Assembly: GCA_043228905.1 (NCBI GenBank)
Contig: JBHGNT010000009.1
Location: 13,020,001-13,084,000 of the forward strand
Source: Azolla caroliniana
Lineage: Eukaryota; Plantae; Polypodiophyta
Reading direction: 5' to 3'
Length of the DNA: 64,000 bases
In this document: in pieces, positions 49,658 through 63,200 of the stretch
How positions within the stretch are numbered: position 1 is the stretch's first letter
Layout of the letters: every line of letters begins with the position of its first letter
Notes under the pieces: generated by a model
Told to the model about the DNA's origin: nothing
Seen by the model: the letters and a program-made list of their open reading frames with translations, nothing else
Database searches by the model: none
Made by a program: the position numbers and the translations under genes

Positions 49658-52600
49658 TATAATATCCCGTGGTGAGAATTTACCGTAGTATTCTATACAC
49701 GTGGATAAGTGTGAGGGTTAAACTAGAGTGTAAAGAAGGGGATGATTACTTTTAATCCTGGGGATTGAGACAACCCATTAGGCCAATTGTGAACTTGCGT
49801 GGGGGCCTCGGGTGTCGCTATAAATAAGAGGCCTAGCTACCCTCATTTGAGCATCTTGTTGATTACGTCGAGACTCTGTCTTGTGGTGGGTCAACTCTTG
49901 TAGCGAGTGCGCCAGCACCAGGTACGACTCGACACCACGGCGGTGGTATGGGACGCCGATCGAGGCTCAAGTCTGTCTCGGTCCCTTCGCTCGGGGTGGT
50001 CGGGTGGATCAACACCGTTCTTTCTCTCTCTCCTTTCTATCTATCTATCTATATTCTATCCTTATCTAATGCTTACATTAGTACATGTCTCTAACAGTTG
50101 GTATCAGAGCCTATGTTCTAATGTTTCTTTTGTTGGTTTTGTCTTCTTGATGCATGGCGATCAATCAACGTGCAGTCGACCTTGTTCCAAACAACAATCA
50201 ACAAAGGAACTTCGGTAATCTTTCTTGTTTTTTTCTATTCTTTCTTCTCCCAATTTAATCATGTGTATGGTTAATATGTAATTTTTTTCATAGATTCAAT
50301 GATGTTGTAGTGGTAATTAATTGGTTATATAAAACGTTTACATATGTGCACGAGGTCAATACCTCATTTGACATATAAATAATATGTGATTAGTGTTGTA
50401 TGCGTATGAGGTTAATACCTCAATTGTGTATTACGTTCACGTACATATGTTACATATGCATATGAGGTCAATACCTCGATTTTGTTGTAAATGATATGTG
50501 TTTGGTCTCGTATGCGTAAGATGTCAATACCTCAATTGCGTATCACGATGAACCCTTATTTTTGGATGTTTCATGTGCGTAGAGGGTATATGCCTTGATC
50601 ATGTATCTCGATTACATCATTTTTGGCTATTTGATATAACGATTTGTTTAATATACGCATATGTGGTCACGTGTATACATATTTGATTGTATATATGTGA
50701 TAATATACATATGTGTATATAAGTTATTACGTGATTTTAATATCGAATGTTTTCCTTTACGAGGAAAGGATCTTGGTGGCCGTCCTCACATTTTTGTGAG
50801 AGTGGTGTTATCACCATCCCTTTTTTCAACAATTTTTTATTGTTGACATTCCCATTGGTGACTTCGATTTTATTACGTAAAGAAATGCCTATAGCCACAT
50901 TGATGTTGAGAACGTAGGGCTTGCTTGACCCACTTCATGTGAGGTTGCTCCTATGACACACACATCCAACATCCCTCCCTCGTTACATGGATATGATGCC
51001 ACCATGAGATCATTCTTACGAGAGGCATTCGTAATGACATAACCATGTGATGGGACACGTGGGCCTACTACGAAAAGAGGGCTCATTTGGCTTGACCATT
51101 AGGTTGCACTTTGGCGTATGCCATCGTAATTACGAGACTTGAGGTTAGGTAACGTACCAACATAATTTGTAGTAATTACGAGACTTGAGGTTAGGTAACG
51201 TACCAACATAATTTGCCCATATATGTTTCTTTTATAAAAACATATATGGGCAAATGCCTTGCATATCTCTTGTATGCATGAAACATTAAACATTCAAAAA
51301 GAGCAACCTAATTGGTTAGCTCAAGTGTTTAATGCATTTGTTCTCGAGGTCTCGAGTTCAAATATGATCAAGACCATACAACATCGTTGATACATATGAC
51401 TATAACACATGTTAGACTTGAGGTCTAAGTGCACTTCGGGGTCCTCGTAATAGGACTTAAAGAGCCGAAACCACATATGTGGGCAATAAACATAGTTTAT
51501 TGTTAACATTTTTTTCGTGTATAAACTATTCATGACGAGAACATACATGGTTGAGCCTTGGGGAGCCGCCACGAAAAAAATTGATATAAAGATCAAGGAA
51601 AGAAATTTATTTGTCACCCCCATGGTTTTTAAAACACCTTTGTGTTACCATAGTAACCTGATCTTGAACCTCATCTCATATGTCTAGAGGGGTATTGACG
51701 TGAGATCATGATATCGATTAATGTTTGCCCATGATATGTTTACATCATGACATGATGTTATGACTATTTGTCTGACCTTATCCTATTTCTTTGCCAGAAA
51801 AAACCATTCAATGGCTCAAAATAACGACCTGATGTCATTCGCTCAAGCGGAAGGAACTCAAGGAAATCCTCCTGGACAAATGTCCATTGAGATGTGTTTT
51901 TCGCAAATAACCCAATACCTTAGTTTCACCGCTCAACAGATGACCGAACTTTGGCAATCTCAAAGTGCCCTCGAGGCACATGTCATTAGTTTACAACGTG
52001 AGACTAATAGACCTGATGAGCGATAGGGTGAACCATCGTTTGTCGTTAAGCCATTTACGGGAGACAAAAAGGAAAGAACCGAAGAAGCAATCTACACGTG
52101 GTTGGGCCGATGGGAGTCTCATTTTGAGCTCTATCCCACGCCAGATAGTACGAAGATTGCATATGTCAGCCGAGAACTAGGGGGTAAGGCTGCCGCCTGG
52201 TGGCATGGGCTCCGTACTTTGGGGAAATTGCCCGATACCTGGACAAATTTTCTCACAGTTTTCAAGGGCCAAATTCTGAAACCTCCCTCTGAAACCGAGG
52301 CAACACAAGCTTTAATGAACCTCTCTAGTAGGAAGTTTTCCTCGCTAGAAGACTGTGTCCACCATGCTAGAACCCAAATCCAAAAATTGGGTCCAAAAAT
52401 TGGTTAATTGCTTGTTTTGTCAATGGCATCCCCAATTTGGACTATCACTAGATAGTGCACGATAAGGATCCAAAATCCTTCGAAGAGGCCATTGAAATAG
52501 TTCTTCGCTATCAACGCACTTTGAAGAAGAACCACAACAAACCCAACAAAGCGCCCGAGACTAAGCAATCCCAATTCGCTGGGAAACGCAAGACACCCAA

Positions 52601-53544
52601 CGAATTCATGGATCGCGATTGTAAGCGACAACATCCTTTGTGCGTATTGTGAAAAAACAAGGGTCATACCAAAGAGCAATGTCGAAAGCTCCAACGAAAA
52701 GAGCACAACAGCAAAGCTAAAGCTGTAGACAATAAAGGTCAGATTCCTAATGTCCTTCAGGTCTATACACATCATTTAAGTAATTGTTAATGTTCTTTCC
52801 TTCACTATGTATTGGGTCCTAATGATTTACTACGTGCAAACGGGTATATCAATGGTTCTCCCGTACAATTTTTGTTTGATCGGGAAGCTCACACAACTTT
52901 GTGAATGATCGTTTGGTTCAGATATGGGGAATCCAACCTACCGTAAGTGATCACACCTATACGATGCACTTGGTTGATGGAAGAGTACAATACATCAACG
53001 GGGTGATTCATTCATTGAGAATTTATATTAATACTTATATACAGGAAGTAGACTTCCATGTAATGAATCTTTGTACCACTGATGTAATATTGGGTTATCC
53101 CTGGTTCTATAATAAAAGTCTTCTTTATCTATTGATTGGGTTCATCATTCAATAACATTTGTACTGAACGATTGTACTCATTTTATTCAATTTGTAAAAA
53201 AACAATCCCTCTCGATTGTTTCCTCTCCATCAATATCCGAGTTGTCTTGTTCTACTCTATTTTATTGTGTACTTGATCCAGACATTCACGTTTACAATAT
53301 TGATAATGTCTCGGTTCAATTAACATATTTTAAACAACAACTTGATGAAATCTTAAATGATTTTCGTGATGTTTTTCCGAGTGAACTACCAGATGGGTTA
53401 CCTCCTAAACGTAATATAGACCATCATATAGATATTGTACCTGGCGTTGCACCAATAAGTATACTTCCTTATCGCTTAAGTCGATCCGAAGAGGATGAGG
53501 TATCTAAGCAACACAAGGACTATTTACGAATGGGTTATATACGT
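49658..53544 (+). mobile_element. Chromovirus-like Gypsy element G2, 5' part (LTR to 50096, Met-i PBS, ~1.7-kb UTR, gag, PR, RT start)
   Basis: TAACA-GT-TGGTATCAGAGC at 50092-50110, gag ELGGKAAAWW, DVILGYPW and ELPDGLPPKRNIDHHID. Homologous to G1. Confidence 0.85.
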
Positions 53545-53859
53545 TGTCGTGAAGATTTTCGGCAATGGTGTAAAAATCGCATAAAACATACGAATTCGAG
53601 TATAAATAACACAAAACAATAATAATGAAGATACTAATTTGAAATAATTTTAATATCTTGGTACAAAAAGATGGAGGTCTTGAAGAGCTTTCGAATGCAC
53701 TTCACTACATAAGAAACAGACATCTAAGTGTCAAGTTATGTGGGTATGAAGTTTTGCAAAAGAAAAAGAGAAAAATAAAACTGTGAAATATCCCACATAG
53801 ATAGGAAAAGTTTAGGCTCTAGCTATATAAGAAGATTGAGATCCATCGTATTTCATCTA
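53545..53859 (+). repeat. LTR fragment starting TGTCGTGAAG (F-related family)
   Basis: It breaks the G2 RT frame at YIR| and shares its first 10 nt with the F LTR. The right boundary is approximate. Confidence 0.6.
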
Positions 53860-55954
53860 TGGGTTAAGAGCACATAAGAAATAGTTGGACTTGGGCCACT
53901 TTTGTCTAGATGGACATATGTGGCTAAGTCGTTGGATGTGGCTAAGTGCCCGAACCGGCCGGTGAAGAAACTCAAACCGGCCGATGAAGACCCGGTGAGA
54001 ACCGGATGTTGCAGGCCCGGTGAGAACCTCTCACTGGATGAAGGGACACATATGTAGATATGTTTTTGAGAGCCCATTGGGGCTATATCTGTAAATAGCC
54101 CTAATGTCATATTAGTATAAATGTGACCTAGGGCAAACAGTGTGATGGGGATCATAGTTGCTGTTATTACCTTTGTATAGCGTGATTGGTGTAACGACTA
54201 TACAGAGAGAGAGCGATACAGAGCATGTCTCTGTTGTATAGCGTGATTGGTGCAATGACTGTACAGAGAGAGAGAGAGAGAGAGAGAAAGAGCGATACAA
54301 AGCATGTCTCTGTTGTAATCGCCGCTAGGCGAAGATTGTGAGCAAGAGGTCGTTGCCTTCGTGCTCCTTGTTGTACTCCTTGACATAGTGATAGTTTGGA
54401 GTCTGTGGACTCCCATGGTTTTTCCCTCTCAGGGTTTTCCAAGCTAACATCCTGTGTATTCTCTTTCTTTTGTGTACTTACCTCCATTCCCATTTCCTCT
54501 GTGTTTGATTGTCATCAAGTGATCTACGCTTCAGTTGTGGCCGGAGATTATTCCGCATATTTCACATCAAACTGGTATCAGAGCTCAACGACACAGAAAA
54601 ATGGAAGATTAGTTGGGAGGCATGTTCAAGCTCACCGGCTCCAACTACTTAGTGTGGAAGTTGAAGATGAGGGACATGCCCATGGTTAAAGATCTTTGGT
54701 TGCCGGTTCAGTTCGGGGACAAGAGACCGGACAAAATCGATGCCACGATATGGGAGGTGATGCACATGAAGACAACGACGTACATACGGTGCTTCATCGA
54801 CATGAGTCTATACAACAACTTCAATGAAGAGAGCAAGGCTCATGAGCTCTAGGAGAAGATCAGCATTATGTTTCAGAACAAAAATGTTGTTAATCAGGTT
54901 TCGGTATTTCGGAAGCTAGTAAGACTCCGGTACCAAGATGGCTCCAGCATGGCGGAGCACATGAATGCCTTCTAGGGGCTGATCCACCAGGCAACATCAT
55001 TGGAAGTACCTCTCGCCGATGAGGTACTAGCACTACTCCTGCTCGGTTCCCTCCTAGATAGCTGGGAGACGTTGGTTGTCACTTTGGGCAACGCCGGGCC
55101 GGAAGGGAAACGGTTATCCCTAGCAAGAGTGAAGTCGAGGTTGCTAGATGAGGAGGCGCGTTGGAAAGACAAGGATACGAGCTCTAACTCCAAAGCGCTC
55201 CTTACCAAATCGGAATGCGGAAGACAAAGGAACCGTAGTCCCCAGAACCGGGAAAAGTCGGGGACACGGTCAAAGTCAAGGGGGAGGCCTACTTGCTTCT
55301 ATTGCGGCAAGCCAGGACACTTCAAGAAGAACTGTCGGCACTTCCGAAAAGACAAGGAAACCGACGGTACCGATTCGAAGCGGACACCGGACCGGAACGG
55401 TAAAGACCGGAGGGGGCCGGACCGGAAGGAAATGACGGCAATCGCGGCAAGTGAAGAAGAGTTGATGTTCATCACCGAGGAGAGTGAGTTGAACCTTGCC
55501 TGTGGCGAGACAACGTGGGTTGTCGATTCCGGAGCGTCGTTCCACCTTACCCCGGACCGGAAATGCTTCTCATTCTACACAACCGGTGATCACGGTTGTG
55601 TCCGGATGCGGAATGAAGGTACATGCTGAATCATCAGCATAGGAGACGTGTGGTTGACATCATCAATCGGATGCAAGCTGCTGCTGAAGGATGTCTGACG
55701 CGTTCTGGAGGTTCGACTGAACCTGATATCAGTCGGTCGTCTAGATGATGAAGGCTACAGGGGTAGCATCCAAAACGGAGTCATGAAATTCAGCAAAGGG
55801 AGCCTGATAGTGGCTCGGGCCCGGAAGGTCAACACGTTGTACCTGATGAATGCTCGGCTATGTCCGAAAGAAGTGAACGTGGCTTCCGACACTACCGGTG
55901 AGCTGTGGCACAAGAGACTGTGTCACATGAGAATGAGGGGATGAAGAGGCTTGT
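53860..55954 (+). mobile_element. Ty1/Copia (Tnt1/Tork-like) 5' half: LTR to 54569, Met-i PBS 54573-54584, gag, protease, GAG-pre-integrase
   Basis: KLTGSNYLVWKLKM, CFYCGKPGHFKKNC, WVVDSGASFH and LWHKRLCHM. The LTR start is uncertain. Confidence 0.9.
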
Positions 55955-56400
55955 TGTTAATCCTTAGGGCCGGACAACAGCCTAACACAGGGTGTCCACT
56001 TAAGACACTTCACCAAAGGGTGTTACGGCGAGATAACTTACGACACAACGCTTAATTGGACCTTAATCGGTTACTTAGCAATACATCATTAACACGCGTA
56101 AGATATACAATAAGCACAGAATGGTGAACAATACTCAATGATTAAACAAGGGGTTTATATTACTCTTTGTTAATGACTACATTATAACCGGGCCTTTATA
56201 TAGGTCACCGGTGTGAAGTACAAAACGGTGCCAACCGGCACCTTTTTGGAATCGGTCCGGATCCGGATCGGCATACCGATGCTGGTCCATCTGTCCACAT
56301 CTTCTCATATATTAATCTATATACTAAGACTAGTAATTTCAACAGATTCCTAAATAACAATTCCCCTTTTCACACCCTAGTCTTTGTCGGCCGGGTAACA
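55955..56400 (-). repeat. Solo R-family LTR with non-matching flanks
   Basis: Homologous to 9686-10095 and 29486-29947. The flanks are CTTGT and TCTTG. Confidence 0.92.
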
Positions 56401-59382
56401 TCTTGCACACAACTCTATTGTCGTCACTACCGTTTCTTTGCCTAGATGTATTTAACATACTAATACATCGTATGGACTATTTACAATTGTAGCCACTCCT
56501 ACATATCATTAATATTATTATTACTATAAAAATAATAATAATCTGTTTAAATAATCAACTCTCTGTTGTCGACTGTCGGCTATTTCCGAACAGTTGGTTC
56601 CTTCGACTCTTGGACTCTCGACTACTTCCGAACAGTCGGTTCCTCCCATTGGAGGGACATATCCCCAACAAACTCCCCATTCACGCCTGTGGGAGGGAGT
56701 CGGTCCATCCTGTCTTCTGTTGACAGACTTTACGTCTGTCCATAGGTAGGTTCTTCGTGAGCATGTCAGATCCATTGTTATCCATGTGGATCTTCACAAG
56801 TGTGAACTCTCCTTCTTCGACCTTCTCGTGCAACTAGTGATACCTTCTCTGTACGTGCTTGGTCCGGGAGTGATATGCAGCATTCTTGGCAAGATGTATG
56901 GCACTCTAGCTGTCACAGTGAAGCAAGAACTCCCTTTGCTTCCTAGCTCATTGAGAAAATTTCTCATCCAGATCAGCTCTTTGCCGGCCTCTACCGCTGC
57001 CATATACTCTGCTCTATAGTCGACAAGGCTACATACTTCTACAGTCGTGATTGGCACGACACTGCTCCCCTCCATAGGTCATCACGTACCCTAACGTGGA
57101 TCGACTTGAGTCTACATCTCCTGACATGTTTGAGTTAGCAAAACCTTCCAACACATGTTTTCCAACACCATACCCTAGACACACCCCTGAGGTGTCTTTT
57201 AAGTACCTGAGTATCCACTTCACCGTTGCCCAGTGTTCTCTTCCTGGATTACTCATATATCAGCTTACTGCTCCCACAACAAATGCTATGTTTGGTGTCG
57301 AACAGACCATAGCATACATTAGACGGACAACGACCGAGGCATATGGTACCTTCCTCATCTCGACCTTCTCCTTCTCCCCTTTCGGGCACGGTTTTGCATT
57401 CAACCTGCAATTTGTCGGCAACACCAAGCCGACCGGCTTTGCATCCGACATGTTGAACCTTTCTAGGATCTTCATCACATACTTTTGTTGTGACAACCAT
57501 AGCACCTTTGAGTTATGTCTCGAACTATATGCATTCCTAAGATTTGTTTAGACGGTCGAAGGTCTTTCATGGAAATAGACCTACTTAGAGTTTTCTTCAA
57601 GCTTCCGATCCTTTTTGTGTCTTGTCCGACTATCAACATGTCATCAACATATAACAAGAGAATCAAGAAGTCTCCTTCTTCGTACCTTTTGACGAACACA
57701 CAGTGATCGGCTTGTGTTTTCTAGAACCGGTGTTCCATCAGGAAGGACTCGAACTTCTTGTACCATTGGCATGGATCTTGTTTCAAACCGTGCAAGCTTT
57801 TCTTCAGTTGACACACCAGGTTCTCTTTCCCTTTCTCCTCAAAGCCTTCGGGTTGCTGCATGTAGATTTCTTCCTCTAGCTCCCCGTGTAAGAATGCGGT
57901 TTTGACATGCAACTGTTCGATCTCCAGGCCCATACTGGCTGCTATATTTAGAACAATTTGAATGGATGTCATCTTTACGACTGGTGCGAATATTTCTTCA
58001 AAGTCGACGCCCTTTTTTTGTTGAAAACCCTTCACCACTATGCGGGCTTTATACATATGCTCACTGTCGGCTTCTCCAAACTTCGCCTTGTAGACCCATT
58101 TATTCCTGAGTGCTCTCTTACCTTTCAGCAGCTCTACCAAGTCGTAGGTGTAATTCTCATGCAAGGATTCCAACTCATCTTGCATCACGCTCAGCCATTT
58201 CGCTCTGTGCTCATCGGCAATTACTTCTTCATAGCACTCCGGTTCACCTTCATCAGTCAAGAGGATGTATTGACTGGCATATGTTGTCGGTGCTTTCCTT
58301 TCTCAGCGTGGGTATCTCCTTTCACTCGTTGTTGGATCTCTTTCGGATGTCTCTGCCAACTCTTCTCTTCGCTCGGGTTCTTGCACGTCAATCAACATCT
58401 CCAGGTTCGATGACTCCAACTCATACTCTTCAATTGACCTTCGCAGCTCTGCTGACTCTGACTCACAGTCGGTCGGTCACTCCGAGTTGACCAACTCGGA
58501 TTCAGCTGTGCCGACTGTTGGTTCACTTAACCTTAGATCGACGATAGTCAACGTTGACTAGGGAGTCGTATCCGACTTCTGTTGCTTCCAGTCTTCAATC
58601 ATCTTATCTTCAAGAAAGACTACATCCTGACTTCTCACTACCTTCTTGTCGACCAGATCCCATAGCCTATAACCAAACTCATCTTTCGAGTATCCCATGA
58701 ATATGCATGCCTTCGACTTAGTGTCGAGCTTTCACCTCTGATCCTTTTGTACATGCATATACCCCAAACATCTGAACACCCTCAAGGTTTGGTAGGAGAC
58801 ATCCTTCCCTGTCCACACTCTCTATGGGACATCACCGTTTAATGGTACAGAGGGAGACCTGTTGATCAGATAAACAGATGTGTACATCGCCTCAGCCCAA
58901 TAGGATTTCAGCAGTTTCGCATGAGAGAGCATGCTCCTTACCCTCTCCATGATTGTTTAATTCATCCTCTATGCAAGCCCGTTCAACTTTGGGGTCTTTG
59001 GCACTGTGTATTTGATCTGAATACGTTGGCACTTGTTGTATTCCTCAAATTGCCCTCTATACTCGCCACCGTTGTTGGTTCAAACAACCTTCAACTTCCG
59101 ACCCGACTCTCTTTCGGCTCTTGCCTAGAACTCCTTGAAAAATGACAGTACTTGATCCTTCGACTTCAGTACGAAGGCCCATGTCATCTGACTATAGTCG
59201 TCAATGAACGTCACAAAGTACTATCCACATCGATGCGATGGAGCATCCACAAAGTACTCGTTCCAGTGGCACTTCTCTTCTCCTCAGTGGTCTTGTGTGT
59301 AATGATGCTCTATTCTGCTTTCTGACTAAGCAGTCGACACACTTCTCCATGTGCACTCCCTTGACTTCTGGTAGAAGTTTCT
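56401..59382 (-). mobile_element. Ty1/Copia (Tnt1/Tork-like) 3' half: integrase, RT, RNase H, PPT, partial 3' LTR 56401-56670
   Basis: KLLPEVKGVHMEKCVDC, YKARIVVKGF, LLLYVDDML and AEYMAA, then PPT GAATGGGGAG-TT-TGTTGG. Confidence 0.92.
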
Positions 59383-60236
59383 TGACAAGAACTACACACT
59401 CCAATGAACACCACTCAGCCACAACCGAGCTTAGAATCAAACACAGAAAAACGGGGAATGAAAAACACGACACAAAGGAGAGAAGAGAACAAAGGATGTT
59501 TAACGTGGAAAACCCTAAGAGGGAAAAACCACGGGAGTCCACAGAATCCAAACTATCACTATATCACAATGATTACAACAGTGAGCTCACGGCAGCAACG
59601 ACCTCGCGCTCTCGATCTTCGCCACAGGCGGCGGTTACAACAGAGGCAACGACCTCTTCCTCTCTCTTTTTGTCTCTGTGTACACTGTACACTTTTAGTC
59701 TTGCACCAACAAGAATGACAACAACCACAACATTCTCTGTTTGCCCTAAGTCATATTTATACTAATATGACTTTTGGGCTATTTACAAATATAGCCCCGA
59801 TGGGCTCTCACCATATTTACGAATATGTCCCTTCATCCGGTGAGCACTCCTCACCGGTCCTGCATCATCCAACGCTTGCTGGGCAGTTGTGATCCGGTTC
59901 TCACCGGGTCTTCCGTTGCCGGGCACTTGTAATCCGGTTCTCACTGGGTCTTCACCATCCAGCTCTTGTCGGGTACTCTTCATTCGGTTCTCATCGGGTC
60001 TTCACCATCCGGCTCTTGCCGGGTACTTCTCATCCGGTTCTCATTGGGTCTTCCGTTGCCGGGTACTCTTCACTTCCCATCCGGAGAGACCTGTTTCCTA
60101 ACAAACTCCCCCTTCACTCCAGCATGGGATGTCTTACTAGTCCAATCCGCTTCCGGCATGCATCCAGCTTGTCGGGTATCAGTACTTTGGTCAGCATATC
60201 TGATCCGTTCACGGCCGTGTGGATCTTCGTCAGCGC
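59383..60236 (-). mobile_element. 3' end of another Copia (RNase H end, PPT, full 3' LTR 59383-60103)
   Basis: KIHTAVNGSDMLTK..GL and PPT GAGTGAAGGGGGAG. The TG..CA LTR is homologous to 53860-54569 and carries internal CCGGTTCTCA repeats. Confidence 0.88.
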
Positions 60237-63200
60237 TGTCGAGGTATTCCTCGCGGATGCGTGGAATGAGGCGGGACCGCGGGGGTCTTGTACCGAAGAG
60301 CAAGAGAGAAAGGAGAAGGGAAGAGACCCACTAGGTGCGAGCGTAGATCCACAGGGACAAGGCCCTTCGACACAAAGACGCGAGTGGGACAGCGACACAG
60401 AGACACACGAATGTATGTATGTATTAACAAAGAACACGAAGTCGGTTACAACCGAACAGGCCGGCGAACAGATGCCGATACCTGTTCGTAAACGCACAGA
60501 AAAGAAAGAGTAGGCTGGAGGTGCTGTCGGAAGCACTCGGGCATTCCTCAGAGCAGCGCGAGCCTCCCGAAACCTGCACAGAAAGGAGCTACAGAGTATG
60601 GAAGAGAGAGAAGCCTTCGGCCCGCAATCCGACAGCACTTCGTCCTTTCTATCCACGATCCCCCATTCCCCTCTTCGTCTCCCTCCTTTTATAGGCAAGG
60701 AAGGAGCCGTTTCCTATTAACTTCCTACCTACCGAATCTACCTACCTAGGATCTCCCTTGTCCCTAATTCTCTCCTATGTACAACACAAGGCGTACGTGC
60801 ATGAAGAGCCGGTTCTTATGCTCCGGCGCACCGATTCCGCTTGTGGACGGTTTTCTTCACGACATCCGCCCCCACCTAACCGCGCATCCACCGCCATGCG
60901 CCAAATTGAGTTGGGACGGAGAAAACCGGTCCAGCCTTCAATCCCCGCCTGTCGGTTCTTCCTCGGTTTCGGATCGTTCGTCGTTCCAGTCCAGGTTAAC
61001 CGGATTCGGCTCGTCGTCATGACGCTTCTTGAACGCTTTGATCCGCTTCCCAGCTACCGGTATCGCCATTCTCGTGCCGTCGAGTTCCGCCAGATGGTAC
61101 GTCCCGTTGTCGTTGGCGCTTTGTACCACGTAAGGCCCGAACCACCTTCTTGCGAACTTCCGTGTTGCTCGGTGCTGGTTGTCGAGGCTGTTGTCATAGA
61201 CTAGCACCCAGTCACCTTCCTCGATCTTCTTCGGTCGGAGCCGGTGCGTTCGGTCGAACCGGGCTTTGTTCCTCGTCCTTGCCACCCGAAGCTTTTCCGT
61301 AGCTTGCTCTACGTCCTCCGGTCTTCGCTCGAGCTGTCAACAGTTCCTCCCGGCTCATCTCGTCTCTCCAGTCCACGGTTGCCCATGAGGAGATCGTACG
61401 TTCCATCGGCATGACCGGCTTCTGCCCAAACATGAGCTCTGCCGGCATGAATCCGGTTACCGAACTGTGCATAGTTCGGTCAGCCCATAACGCGTAAGGC
61501 AACAGTCGCGGCCAGTTCCCGACTTGACCTCCGCATGCCCGAACTAACGCCTTGACAATCGGTCTGTGTCCGCGCTCCACCTTCCCATTTGCCTCCGGAT
61601 TGTACGCAGTGGTAAGCGAGAGCTTGACTATAGCCGGTCGAACAGCTCCTCGGCCTCTTCGGCGTCCAACTCCCCGCGATCAGCCACGATCTTCCCGACG
61701 CACCCGTACCGGCATATCACGTCCTCAATCAGGAACCGACATACGGCCGCGGTCGTTTTGTTCTGAAGGGCTCGGCCTTCCACCTGGTTCGTCAGATCTT
61801 CCCGAGCCAGGACCAGATACTGCATCTGTCCTACTCCCATCGGCATCGTCACTAGGTCTACCATCCATTTGAAGTGGATGGTCGGAGGGTACGTAGGGTG
61901 AAGCTCGTTCCGGTGTCGGACTATGGAGTGCATCTGACAGCTCTCGCAAGTTGTCATGAACCGATGCACGTCCCGGTATAGTCCTCGCCACCAGTACTTC
62001 CCCTTTATCTTCTCGAACGTGGCCCACGTTCCACGGTGTCCGGCCCAAGGGATGTCGTGGTAGGCCGTCAACAGCTCCTCCTGTTCTTCCTTCATCGCCA
62101 CCACCCGGAGCGGGACGCCGTTCCTCTTCTTCGGGTGCTTCCATAAGTATCCATCCCGGAGAAAGAATCGGTAAGCTTTCTTCCGGATCCGGTTGGCCTC
62201 GTCCTTTGTCCACGACGCATCCGGCGTCATCGTCCTCAAAAATCCACCGATCTGGAGCCACTCGCCGTCGTACTTGCTCTCGTCGAAGTCGTTAAGTACC
62301 GGAGTGCTCGTCCCATCGGTCGTCACATACGCCGCCTCGAAGAAGTCCACGCCGACTTCTTCGTCCTTCGAAACCATGCCGCCCTCGTTATCAAACCTCT
62401 CCCTCGAAAGCATGTCGGCCATGGCGTTGTCCTTTCCGGAAATGTGTCGTATTTCCGGATCCAGGGACTTGATGTACGCTATCCACCTGAGCATCGCCAG
62501 GTCCGGTGTCGCGCATCCGGAAACCATGCCGAGAATTGGCAGGCAATCCGTCTCGATAATCACTTCTGTCCCGATCAGGTAGTCTTTGTCGGCCTTTACT
62601 GCCGAAACGATACCCCAAAGTTCGCGTTTAACCTGGGCATACCTCCGCATTCGCTCACTAAGGACCTTCGCGCCGAATCGGATCGGGAACCGAATGCCGT
62701 CCTCGTCTTCTTGGTTGACGACCCATCTGATCCTGGTCGGACTCATATCCACCGTTATGTATACCGGGGTACCCTTCTCGTAGACAGCCTTCTGGAGTGC
62801 CAGTGTTGCCGCAAGAGCTTCCTTTAGCTTCCGGACCGACTCCGTGTGCTCGTCTCGCCACTCGAATTTCCGCCCCTTCTTCAGCAACCCGTATAGCGGC
62901 TCCGCAACGGGATCCATATGTGGTAGAATGCGCATGCCCCCAGGAACCTCCGAACTTCCGTAACCGAGCTACAGTCGGTCTTCATCGCGGAGATGGCTTC
63001 TACTTTTGCCGGAGACGGCTTCCGGCCATACGGTCCACACAGGTGTCCGACCACCAGGATTTCTGATTGCCCGAAGGCCGATTTCTCCCCGGAGAAGGTG
63101 AGCCTTGCATCCTCTAGCCTTTGTAGCACCTTCTCGCAGTCGTCGATGTGTGTTGCCACGAATCGCCGGCATCCGTCCGGCCCGACTGTCTCGTCCTTCT

